DNA of 64,000 bases from Lachnospiraceae bacterium (GTDB lineage: Bacteria; Bacillota; Clostridia; Lachnospirales; Lachnospiraceae): positions 646-64,645 of the forward strand of contig JBGVFN010000058.1 in NCBI GenBank assembly GCA_045121095.1. Direction: 5' to 3'. The position numbers were made by a program, and so were the translations under genes. Shown here in pieces: positions 29,393 to 38,564 of the stretch (positions within the stretch are counted from its first letter, which is position 1; each line of letters starts with the position of its first letter). A model generated the notes under the pieces. The model did no database searches. It had not been told where the DNA came from and saw only the letters and a program-made list of their open reading frames with translations.

Positions 29393-29408
29393 TGTTTCAC
29401 GTGAAACA
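29393..29408. other. parS site (perfect 16/16)
   Basis: TGTTTCACGTGAAACA between ureC and the urtA promoter. Confidence 0.8.
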
Positions 29409-29497
29409 CTTGATCAATTCCCTAAGGTGATAGCTCGTATCTCGCTCTAGTCAAACAAATTGATCAGCTTTAATATAAAACCATAGATTTTAAACTG

Positions 29498-31219
29498 CTA
29501 AAACAAACTATACATCTGTGTTAAAGGCAATTTTTTTGCCGGTTTGGACACTAGACGCACTCCATCTGCTGACACTTCATATGTTTCCGGATTTACTTTA
29601 ATTTCCGGTGTTTTATCGTTGTATCGCATATCGCATTTTCCTATATTGCGGCATTTTGATACCGGCAGTACTTTCTTCTGTAATTCTAACCTTTCTTTAA
29701 TACCATTCTTATAAGCAGCACTCGAAACAAAGGTCGCACAAGATTCATATTTTGCGCCACCATGAGCAGCAAACATGGGCTGATACATCACCGGCTGAGT
29801 AGTGGGAATTGACGCATTTGCATCCCCCATTTTTGCCGCAACAATCATTCCGCCTTTAATAATAATATCGGGTTTGACTCCAAAAAAGGCAGGATTCCAC
29901 AATACCAGATCTGCCATTTTTCCTACTTCCACAGAACCTACGTAATCTGCCACGCCATGTGTTACTGCAGGATTAATAGTATATTTGGAAATATAACGTT
30001 TCACGCGAAAATTATCATTTCCATTTTCCTGGTCTTCTGGCAATGCCCCACGTTCTTCTTTCATCTTATGAGCAGTCTGCCACGTGCGGGTAATCACTTC
30101 TCCCACACGTCCCATAGCCTGAGAATCAGAGCTCATCATACTAAATACGCCTAGATCATGCAATACATCTTCAGCAGCAATCGTCTCCGGTCGGATTCGT
30201 GAATCTGCAAAAGCTACATCTTCCGGTATTTTGTTATCTAAATGATGACAAACCATTAACATATCCAGATGTTCATCAATAGTGTTAATCGTGAATGGCA
30301 TAGTCGGATTGGTAGAAGACGGCAAAACATTCAAAAAAGAAGCAGCGCGAATAATATCCGGTGCATGTCCGCCTCCAGCCCCTTCTGTATGATACGTATG
30401 AATTGTTCTTCCTGCAATTGCATCAATGGTATCTTCCACACAGCCACCCTCATTTAAAGTATCTGTATGAATCGCCACCTGTACATCATATTCATCCGCC
30501 ACATTTAAACAATGATTGATGACTGCAGGAGTTGCACCCCAATCTTCATGGATTTTCAATCCCATGGCTCCAGCTTCTATCTGTTCCCGAAGGGGACGTT
30601 CATCAGAGCAATTTCCTTTTCCCAGAAATCCAAGATTAATCGGATATTCATCCGCAGCCTTGAGCATCATTCCCAGATTCCACGCCCCTGGAGTACAGGT
30701 AGTTGCATTGGTTCCATCTGCGGGTCCAGTACCACCGCCTATCATAGTTGTCACACCAGAATACAAGGCACAATTAATCTGCTGAGGAGAAATAAAATGA
30801 ATATGTGTATCAATTCCCCCAGCTGTTAAAATCATATTTTCTCCGGCCAAAGCCTCTGTAGAAGCCCCCACTGTCATTCCCGGCGTCACACCATCCATAT
30901 TATCCGGATTTCCAGCCTTTCCGATACCTGAAATTTTTCCATCTTTAATACCAATATCTGCTTTAAAAATACCAGTCGAGTCTACCACCAGACAATTTGT
31001 TATTACCAGATCCAGAACGCCTTCATCACGTGTAGCTTTTACGCTTTGTCCCATTCCATCACGCAATGTTTTTCCACCGCCAAATTTTGCTTCTTCACCA
31101 TAAGTCGTATAATCTTTTTCCACCTCTATAATTAAATTTGTATCCGCCAACCGCACTTTATCACCGGTGGTAGGACCAAACATCATGGCATACTTCTCAC
31201 CAGAAATTATATAGCTCAT
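29498..31219 (-). CDS. ureC: Urease alpha subunit UreC
   Basis: 573 aa. GGIDTHIHF and MVCHHL signatures. Confidence 0.97.
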   Translation of the reverse strand: MSYIISGEKYAMMFGPTTGDKVRLADTNLIIEVEKDYTTYGEEAKFGGGKTLRDGMGQSVKATRDEGVLDLVITNCLVVDSTGIFKADIGIKDGKISGIGKAGNPDNMDGVTPGMTVGASTEALAGENMILTAGGIDTHIHFISPQQINCALYSGVTTMIGGGTGPADGTNATTCTPGAWNLGMMLKAADEYPINLGFLGKGNCSDERPLREQIEAGAMGLKIHEDWGATPAVINHCLNVADEYDVQVAIHTDTLNEGGCVEDTIDAIAGRTIHTYHTEGAGGGHAPDIIRAASFLNVLPSSTNPTMPFTINTIDEHLDMLMVCHHLDNKIPEDVAFADSRIRPETIAAEDVLHDLGVFSMMSSDSQAMGRVGEVITRTWQTAHKMKEERGALPEDQENGNDNFRVKRYISKYTINPAVTHGVADYVGSVEVGKMADLVLWNPAFFGVKPDIIIKGGMIVAAKMGDANASIPTTQPVMYQPMFAAHGGAKYESCATFVSSAAYKNGIKERLELQKKVLPVSKCRNIGKCDMRYNDKTPEIKVNPETYEVSADGVRLVSKPAKKLPLTQMYSLF

Positions 31220-31300
31220 TTTCCTGCCTCCATTATCGTTTTTTATTTAACCTTCGAAAATTTTTCTAAGACACGCTTTAATAGACAGATAGCATAAAGA

Positions 31301-31660
31301 TTACAACATTCCTCTTTTTTCTGCCCGATCCAGAGCACACGCTAAAGTTGCTTCACCAGTCTGTCCGCATGTTAAATCATTTAATCCAAATATGCGTTTT
31401 CTTCCGCCAAACTCTACTAAAGAAACGGTCTTCTCCATTCCCGGCTCAAATCGTACAGAAGTACCTGATGGAATATCCAAACGGTAACCATATACCTTTT
31501 CCCGATCAAATTTCAGTAATTTATTTACTTCAAAAAAATGAAAATGTGAACCTACCTGAACTGGTCTGTCCCCTGTATTTACTACTACAATTGAAACTGT
31601 TTTTCTATTAGCGTTCAATATGATATTTCTATCCGCCGGCATAATTTCTCCGATTTTCAT
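31301..31660 (-). CDS. ureB: Urease beta subunit UreB
   Basis: ORF 31301..31675 trimmed to MKIGEI (GGAGG RBS). NTGDRPVQVGSHFHFFE signature. Confidence 0.95.
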   Translation of the reverse strand: MKIGEIMPADRNIILNANRKTVSIVVVNTGDRPVQVGSHFHFFEVNKLLKFDREKVYGYRLDIPSGTSVRFEPGMEKTVSLVEFGGRKRIFGLNDLTCGQTGEATLACALDRAEKRGML

Positions 31661-31815
31661 TATTTTAGCCTCCATCGTTTATGTTCTCTTTGTTTTTCTA
31701 TTAATTCTTATTTCTTTGATACCTTCTTTTCCCGCTAAATTAAATACTTGTTTTTTAACTGCACACTTTACCTTTCAGCTAACGATTCATTTTTACTGTC
31801 TTTTTACGTTTTCAA

Positions 31816-31980
31816 CTAGAGCGTGTTTGAAAAGGCTTTATGCAGGATGTACATCCCATTTTGAGATAAATTTCTCTCAAATGAAGGAGGCGTAGCGGGC
31901 TACGCTGACTGAATCTGAGAAAAATTTAGCCAAAATTGGGGTGTGCAGACTGCGTGAATGATTTTTCAAACACGCTTTAA
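31816..31980. mobile_element. 165-bp MITE-like element, copy 2, inserted between ureA and ureB
   Basis: ctagagcgtgtttgaaaa ... atttttcaaacacgctttaa. Collinear with 18571..18735. Confidence 0.8.
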
Positions 31981-32011
31981 CTCCAATTAACGCATAAATT
32001 TAATGTATAAA

Positions 32012-32314
32012 TTAACGTATAGGATTATGCACCGTTACTAATTTCGTTCCATCAGGAAAAGTGGCTTCTACCTGAACTTCTGTTACCATATCACTAACAC
32101 CCTCCATTACATCCTCTTTTGTAAGGATTTTGGCTCCCAACTGCATCAATTCCACAACTTCCTTTCCATCTCTGGCCATCTCCAGAAGTTCTGAACTAAT
32201 ATACGCAACCGCCTCTACATAATTTAATCTCAAACCTCGTTCTTTTCGCTCCTTTGCCAGCATTCCAGCCATATGAAGCATTAATTTTTCCTGTTCCTTA
32301 GGATTCAAACGCAT
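32012..32314 (-). CDS. ureA: Urease gamma subunit UreA
   Basis: ORF 32012..32449 trimmed to [17 protein letters not shown] (GGAGG RBS). 100 aa, canonical. Confidence 0.95.
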   Translation of the reverse strand: MRLNPKEQEKLMLHMAGMLAKERKERGLRLNYVEAVAYISSELLEMARDGKEVVELMQLGAKILTKEDVMEGVSDMVTEVQVEATFPDGTKLVTVHNPIR

Positions 32315-32370
32315 ATCATACCTCCACAATATATCTTTTTTATTAGAGCATTTTTCAGACACGCTCCAAA

Positions 32371-32415
32371 CCAAAAAGGTGCATTCAAAAACAATCACTC
32401 GCCTTTGAATGCACC
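32371..32415 (-). terminator. Intrinsic terminator downstream of the cmk-like gene, just upstream of ureA
   Basis: The minus strand reads ggtgcattcaaaggcgagtgattgtttttgaatgcacc followed by TTTTT. Confidence 0.7.
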
Positions 32416-32459
32416 AAAACACAACTATATCAAAACATAACCATGCCACAATCAGAAAT

Positions 32460-33098
32460 CTATATTTCCGTTGTTTCCATTTTTAATTTAAGATATTCTT
32501 TAATTACTTTTACGCAATTTTCCCTCCCCATACGAGCAGGATTTAATACCAGATCATAGTTGGTAGGATTAGTCCAATCGCCACCACCAGAATAATACTT
32601 ATAATATTCTGCACGGTACTTATCGGTTCGATAGATCATTCCATTTGCTTCATCTTCTTCCACTCCTAAGCGTTTCATAATACTATTTACACAATATTCT
32701 CTTGGAGCTTCCACATATACGCTGATAACATTGTTATAATTTCTCAAAATCCGATCTGCACATTTTCCAATAATAATACAGGATTCTGTTCTTGCCAGAT
32801 TCCGAATAATCTGTGCCTGAATATTATATAGATTTACATCTGATACGAAATCTTTCTCCGTAGGTTCTACGATAGAATTTCTGCTTGGAAAACCCGACAG
32901 TTTTTTGGCTATATAAGAACCCCTTAACTTCTCATCTACTTCCGCAAACAGGTTTTCATTAATTCCACTATAATCAGAAGCCATTTTTAAAATCTGTCTT
33001 TCATAGCAGGGAATTCCCAATTCTTGTGATAACATGTTTCCAATTGATTTGCCGCCACTGCCAAATCCTCTTGCAATTGTAATTACATAATTTTTCAT
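32460..33098 (-). CDS. Cytidylate kinase-like family P-loop protein (paralog 2)
   Basis: 212 aa. [15 protein letters not shown]. Paralog of 12279..12908. Confidence 0.65.
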   Translation of the reverse strand: MKNYVITIARGFGSGGKSIGNMLSQELGIPCYERQILKMASDYSGINENLFAEVDEKLRGSYIAKKLSGFPSRNSIVEPTEKDFVSDVNLYNIQAQIIRNLARTESCIIIGKCADRILRNYNNVISVYVEAPREYCVNSIMKRLGVEEDEANGMIYRTDKYRAEYYKYYSGGGDWTNPTNYDLVLNPARMGRENCVKVIKEYLKLKMETTEI

Positions 33099-33350
33099 AG
33101 AATCATTCCTCCACTTCTATCATTGTAATTCCCCATGAAATAAACAGACCACATTATAAAGATCAGATGAACTGTTCAACACCTTCACAGTTGTATACAG
33201 AAAATCCATTAAAAGCTGTTTTTCTCAATAGAATTTTCCCATCGCTAAATTATGTGATATTTTATCATTTCTAAAGAATAATTTTCTATGAAAAATCGGA
33301 ACTGATTTTTTAATGTTAAAATCACTCTTATTCATTTTCTATTGGGACAG

Positions 33351-35864
33351 CTACAGTAAGCTATCTTTTTTTATTCTCTCACCTCGTCTCACAAGATACA
33401 AAACCACGATTAATATACCTGCAAATGTCATCCACATACCCAACTGTTTTCCAGGTGCCTGATATAATACATCAATTTCATGTATTCCCTGAGATAATTT
33501 CGCTCCTAAAAAACCTTCATTTACCATCTCTATTTCTACCTCATCCCCATCAACCAATACAATAAAATTTTCATCATACGGAATAGAAGTAATCAAATAG
33601 CCATCTTTTTGCATCTCCATATATCCTGATACCACAGATTGCGCCTGTGATTCGTATAACAAATCATTATCCTTTAACAAAAATTTCGATTCATATAACT
33701 CATCACTATCTTTCAATGGAACCGTATATGCTTCTGCCTCAGATATCTCATAAATGCCTTCGCCAAAATTTAATGTAATCTGTTTTTGGCCCGCTGCTAA
33801 CAAAACTGCATATGAAAAAACCGTATTTTCATTATAATAAATATGGCTGTCCGCAGAAAGTTTATTTCTGGAATCTTCCACGTCGATAGTTACATCCTGA
33901 TTTTTCTTATTTTTCACATGAAACCGAACAAATAAAATGCGATTCTGATCCGATACAGGTACTGCTATTTTTATTTTTCCCTGAGGATTACCTTCTATTT
34001 TGCGGGCAATATCAATTTCATGAACGCTGCCCATCTTTTTAATTGGAGACTCTAAACATGCAGTATTATGTTCCTCCTCTACAATTGCATATTCCAGAAA
34101 TGCCAATTGATTATATGGAAAGTTTAATTTTTCATAATCTTTTGTACTCAATATTCTGGATGTCCCATAAATTATGGGCGCTGCATTTTCGTCCTCATGA
34201 AGCTGCATGTCTTGAGAAATCCAATATTTCACTCCCATCATTTTTCGAAATACCACATTCTGATTCAAACCTTCCATTAAAATATTTCGATTTGGCTTTT
34301 CCACATCAAAAATATAATTTCTAAATGTACTATAAAATGAATTATAGGTAGACGAATAGACCGAAGTAATATTTTGTTTCACGTGAAACACTCTATTAAT
34401 ATTTGTAAAGTTTTCTTTTGCAGATCCGTAGTATTCCATTCGATAAAAAGACGTGTCTTCTTCCAAAACATCCTCCATCAGTTGAGAAATCCCCTGCTGT
34501 TTTTTCTTATCTAAATCAGCAGCATCAAGTCCCATATTTTCATCGGCACAGGCAACGCTCATAGCAATCACAGCTATACACAAAGAAGGAATTATAATTA
34601 CTCTAAAATCTTTTTTCCAGTGAAAATATACAAACACAGAAAATGCCACTACAAATAAATCCGTAAGCCAACCAGCAAACTCCACATTTTCCCTTTTAAA
34701 CATGACAAAATACATTAATATCAGCATCAATACCGGTATTATTTTCTTCTGATCTTTCCTGGTTTGCGTTTTCAAAGAAGAAATCCATAACCCCATTTCC
34801 ATACACACCAATGGGATAAAAGGGATCAAGGCTTTACCCCGATTATATAGAAAACCATTCAGCGCATAACCAATAAACGGGGACCAAAGTACAATAACTA
34901 AACTGATACTCAAAACTTTTTCCGATAATTTCCTCTGAAAACATCCTAAAATAATAGCCACCAATGAAATACATCCCAAGCCCATTCCATATTTGTCATG
35001 TAAAATTCTGGACGGTTCACCAACTGGCCAAAAAAGAGCTATAACATCAAAAATTTCTTTTTCGTTTCCATTACTTCGACCATCCAATAAGGCAAATGCC
35101 GTAGGTACAAGAAAAAAACTACTTATTAAAATACTTGTAAAAATAACTGCCACATATCTAAAAGCTTCCTTTAAAATCCCTCTGCACGTCAACTTTTCAT
35201 TTGTCCATTCTGCCTTTTCCAAATAGCAGTAAAGTGCATACAAACAAAGACATATCATTCCACCTATACTAAAATAGAAGCTACTCAAGATCATCAAAAC
35301 AACACTTACACACAGTAAGCCTTTTCGATTTTTGCAAAAATACCAATCCGTTCCTATAAGCCCAAGACATAGAAATGGCATGTAATTTACAAACATTACC
35401 TGCGTACAAAAATGATAAAACAACGGTGCTGCAGTCAGAAATAATAATGTAACTCCAAACCCCAGAGAATGCGATATCTTTTTTTCAGTTACCCAGCAAT
35501 AAAATAATATTCCGGAAAGACCATATGAAATCAAAGAAACGCCCATCATCCAATCATCCATAGAAATCCCCGGAAATAAATACGATAATAGAATACATGG
35601 GTTTAACAATCCATAATAAGCGAAGTTAAAAATATTTTGTCCCCCACCAATCTGCATAGCAAAATCTGGATACAATTCCCCCGTTTCGTAAAACAGCTTT
35701 CGAAAATAATCGGGAAACACGCTGTGCTGCGACAACCAATCAACCTTTGATCCCACAATCTTTCCCTGAAAAAACAAAAAAATAGCCGCCACTCCCGCAG
35801 CAGCTAAAAATAACATTACAATATATCTACATTTAAGGTATTTCAGGTCAGATTTTTCTTTCAT
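33351..35864 (-). CDS. yfhO: YfhO-family polytopic membrane glycosyltransferase
   Basis: 837 aa: many N-terminal TM segments plus a large extracytoplasmic C-terminal domain. Directly downstream of a GT2 CsbB/GtrB-like gene. Confidence 0.7.
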   Translation of the reverse strand: MKEKSDLKYLKCRYIVMLFLAAAGVAAIFLFFQGKIVGSKVDWLSQHSVFPDYFRKLFYETGELYPDFAMQIGGGQNIFNFAYYGLLNPCILLSYLFPGISMDDWMMGVSLISYGLSGILFYCWVTEKKISHSLGFGVTLLFLTAAPLFYHFCTQVMFVNYMPFLCLGLIGTDWYFCKNRKGLLCVSVVLMILSSFYFSIGGMICLCLYALYCYLEKAEWTNEKLTCRGILKEAFRYVAVIFTSILISSFFLVPTAFALLDGRSNGNEKEIFDVIALFWPVGEPSRILHDKYGMGLGCISLVAIILGCFQRKLSEKVLSISLVIVLWSPFIGYALNGFLYNRGKALIPFIPLVCMEMGLWISSLKTQTRKDQKKIIPVLMLILMYFVMFKRENVEFAGWLTDLFVVAFSVFVYFHWKKDFRVIIIPSLCIAVIAMSVACADENMGLDAADLDKKKQQGISQLMEDVLEEDTSFYRMEYYGSAKENFTNINRVFHVKQNITSVYSSTYNSFYSTFRNYIFDVEKPNRNILMEGLNQNVVFRKMMGVKYWISQDMQLHEDENAAPIIYGTSRILSTKDYEKLNFPYNQLAFLEYAIVEEEHNTACLESPIKKMGSVHEIDIARKIEGNPQGKIKIAVPVSDQNRILFVRFHVKNKKNQDVTIDVEDSRNKLSADSHIYYNENTVFSYAVLLAAGQKQITLNFGEGIYEISEAEAYTVPLKDSDELYESKFLLKDNDLLYESQAQSVVSGYMEMQKDGYLITSIPYDENFIVLVDGDEVEIEMVNEGFLGAKLSQGIHEIDVLYQAPGKQLGMWMTFAGILIVVLYLVRRGERIKKDSLL
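34375..34390. other. parS site (perfect 16/16) inside the yfhO coding sequence
   Basis: TGTTTCACGTGAAACA, read as VFHVKQ in YfhO. Confidence 0.7.
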
Positions 35865-35899
35865 AGTAATTAACCTTCCTTCATCTTTCTATCTCTTTT

Positions 35900-36844
35900 C
35901 TACAGTCCTTCTTCTTTTAAAAGATACAATGGCCTGTCCTTCGTTTCCAGATATGTTTTCGATAAATACTGCCCGATAATTCCAAGACAAAGAAGCTGAA
36001 TTCCACTAACCATCAAAATAATACATGCCAAAGAAGGCCACCCCGGAGTCGGGTCCCCATACACAAACGTTTTTACAACAATAACACATATAAAGAAAAA
36101 GGATACAAGACAAAAAAGTGCCCCAACCGTAGCTGCTAAATACAACGGAGTCACAGAAAAGCAGGTAATCCCCTGAATCGAATACAGTAATAATTTATGA
36201 AACGACCATTTTGTTTCCCCTGCAGCACGCTCAGTATTATGATACTCCAGCCATTTTGTTTCATATCCTACCCACTCAAAAATCCCTTTTGAAAACCGAT
36301 TTCGCTCACTGATCTGAAGCACTGCATCGGTCATTCTTCTGCTCATCAGACGATAATCCCTTGCACCCCTCACAATCTGCACATCTGAAATCTTATTAAT
36401 CACTTTGTAAAAACAATCAGAAAAGAAAGAACGGATAATTGGCTCTCCTTTCCGATCCATCCTTCTCGTACCCACACAATCATAGGGCTCATGTTCCAGA
36501 ATTTTATACATTTCTTTTAACATCTCCGGCGGATCCTGCAAATCAGCATCCATCATTCCCACATAATCACCCTTCGCATGCTGAAGACCTGCATAAATAG
36601 CCGACTCCTTTCCAAAATTTCGGCTAAAAGAAATATACTTGCATCTGCAATCCTGCTTATGAAATTTTTTTAATAATTCCAAAGTACCATCTTTTGATCC
36701 ATCATCGACAAAAATAAGTTCAAAATTCACATTTACCATTGAATCCATAACACGACACATCTCTTTGTAATACAACGGTAAAACAGCCTCTTCATTAAAA
36801 CAGGGAATTATAATGCTAATTAATTTATTAACCAAATTCAACAC
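35900..36844 (-). CDS. GT2 polyprenyl-phosphate glycosyltransferase (CsbB/GtrB-like)
   Basis: 314 aa. IIIPCFNEE, DADLQDPPE and two C-terminal TM helices. GTG start. Confidence 0.8.
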   Translation of the reverse strand: MLNLVNKLISIIIPCFNEEAVLPLYYKEMCRVMDSMVNVNFELIFVDDGSKDGTLELLKKFHKQDCRCKYISFSRNFGKESAIYAGLQHAKGDYVGMMDADLQDPPEMLKEMYKILEHEPYDCVGTRRMDRKGEPIIRSFFSDCFYKVINKISDVQIVRGARDYRLMSRRMTDAVLQISERNRFSKGIFEWVGYETKWLEYHNTERAAGETKWSFHKLLLYSIQGITCFSVTPLYLAATVGALFCLVSFFFICVIVVKTFVYGDPTPGWPSLACIILMVSGIQLLCLGIIGQYLSKTYLETKDRPLYLLKEEGL

Positions 36845-37130
36845 CTCTGTCTTCCTCTAATAAATAATAAATCGAGTATCTTTCTCATGCGCTTTAGGTA
36901 CTCCCGGTTCTGAATGCCTTCTAATTTTTGAATCCATACAATTAAAAAGGCCCAAAGAATATGTGTATATTCAATTACTGCCTTTACACACATTCCCTAG
37001 ACCTTAAAATACCAAATACTACCACCTTACACAATATAATTAAATGTATTTTAAAACAATATTAAAGATCTCAATTGAAAATTTGCACTTTCTTTTGATA
37101 TTTTTAAATATATTTAACCTTTTATTTTTT

Positions 37131-37281
37131 CTATTTCTTTTATTTTTGCATTTCTTATTTTTTGCATTTCTTATTTTTTCTATTTCTTTTATTTTTGCAT
37201 TTCTTTTATTTTTGCATTTCTTTTATTTTTGTATTTCTTATATTTTTGTATTTCTTATATTTTTGCATTTTTCTTATTCTG
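37131..37281. repeat. 16-17-bp x9 tandem array
   Basis: Units gcatttcttttattttt / ctatttcttttattttt. The last unit overlaps the spmA stop. Confidence 0.85.
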
Positions 37282-37986
37282 CGCAATATGTATCTGCGTA
37301 TTCATAATTTTGCAAAACACTACGGCAACCAAAGTGCTGATCATGGTAGCTATAATAGCCGGTCCCACAATCGCAGTCGGATTATTGCTCCCATATTGAC
37401 TCCTATAGGCGATTATATTAACTGGTATCAACTGTAAAGATGAAATATTAATCAGCAGAAACGTACACATTTCATTACTGGCCTTCCGTTCTGTACTTAC
37501 TTTTTCAGAAATATCTGTATTTGCCTTTCCAGAAATATCTATATTTGAATTTACGCCTATACTTACACAATTCTCTATTTTTTTATTATTTCGCCGTTCC
37601 TCCTCCAGATTTTTCAACTCTTCCATTGCCTTTAATCCAGCTGGTGTAGCCGCCCACCCCAGCCCAAGAATATTAGCAACAAAATTGGTGCAGATTGCCT
37701 TTAATGATTCATGTTCCTCTGGAATATCAGGAAACAGAAAATGGATAAAAGGCCACATCTTTCGACTGATACTTTCCAACAAGCCAGCTTCCTGTGCGAT
37801 TTCCATAATTCCACACCAAAATGCAACGATTCCCAAAAGTGTAATTCCCAATTCCACAGCATCACCAGCTGCCTCCAAAACAGAATTTGTCATCACAGAC
37901 AAATCCCCCGTAATGATCCCATACGCAAATCCCGCCAAAACCATTACCACCCATATGTGATTTAGCATACAATTCGCATCCATCAT
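37255..37986 (-). CDS. spmA: Spore maturation protein A-like nucleoside-recognition domain membrane protein
   Basis: MLNHIWVVMVLAG... typical SpmA N-terminus. The true start is possibly 37968. Contains a ~45-aa hydrophilic insertion. Confidence 0.65.
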   Translation of the reverse strand: MMDANCMLNHIWVVMVLAGFAYGIITGDLSVMTNSVLEAAGDAVELGITLLGIVAFWCGIMEIAQEAGLLESISRKMWPFIHFLFPDIPEEHESLKAICTNFVANILGLGWAATPAGLKAMEELKNLEEERRNNKKIENCVSIGVNSNIDISGKANTDISEKVSTERKASNEMCTFLLINISSLQLIPVNIIAYRSQYGSNNPTAIVGPAIIATMISTLVAVVFCKIMNTQIHIAQNKKNAKI

Positions 37987-38235
37987 TCTTTTAATATCAG
38001 TGTATGTAACTTTGTACTACATATATGTTATACATTTAATTTCTCCAGATAGGCACAAAAACACGCAGCTTTTTGTTCACTGAATATACTTAATAAATAT
38101 AGTTATAAATACAGTTGTAACTATATTTGTAACTATATTTAAGCAACCATACCCAACAGCCATACCTCACACCATATTTAAAAATCTCATTCAAAAAATA
38201 TACTTCACACTACATTTAAGAACTCTATTTAACGA

Positions 38236-38289
38236 ATATATGCAAATAAAGAGTATTGATTATAATCAATACTCTTTATTTGCATATAT
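38236..38289. repeat. 54-bp perfect palindrome
   Basis: atatatgcaaataaagagtattgatta|taatcaatactctttatttgcatatat, with no central spacer. Confidence 0.9.
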
Positions 38290-38383
38290 GTATTTGCTTA
38301 TAAAAATATTTCACGATATAATAATATCAGCATCAGAAATATCGTGAATATTTTCTGATAAAGCCTTCATATTATTTCCTTAA

Positions 38384-38422
38384 TAAAAAACTCTGTCGAT
38401 TGGTTGGCGACGGAGTTTTTTA
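38384..38422. terminator. Bidirectional-type intrinsic terminator downstream of apbE
   Basis: aaaaaactctgtcgattggttggcgacggagtttttt, with an A-run and a T-run on either side. Confidence 0.7.
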
Positions 38423-38564
38423 TTTTCTTTAATATTTTTCTCCTATTTTTTCCGGATACTTTATACTACAAAATACTTCTCTTCTACTTTTCCCAGACAC
38501 GCCCTGAAGCAGAGCATGCCTGAATGTTTTTCAGACACGCTCTAATATACTTTACAGGCACACT

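Noticed and set aside
36845-37254. Plasmid-like iteron origin or phase-variable promoter upstream of the GT2/yfhO pair.
   Set aside because: Only a T-rich 16-17-bp array is visible. There is no rep gene, no DnaA boxes and no invertase sites. It is reported simply as a tandem repeat.
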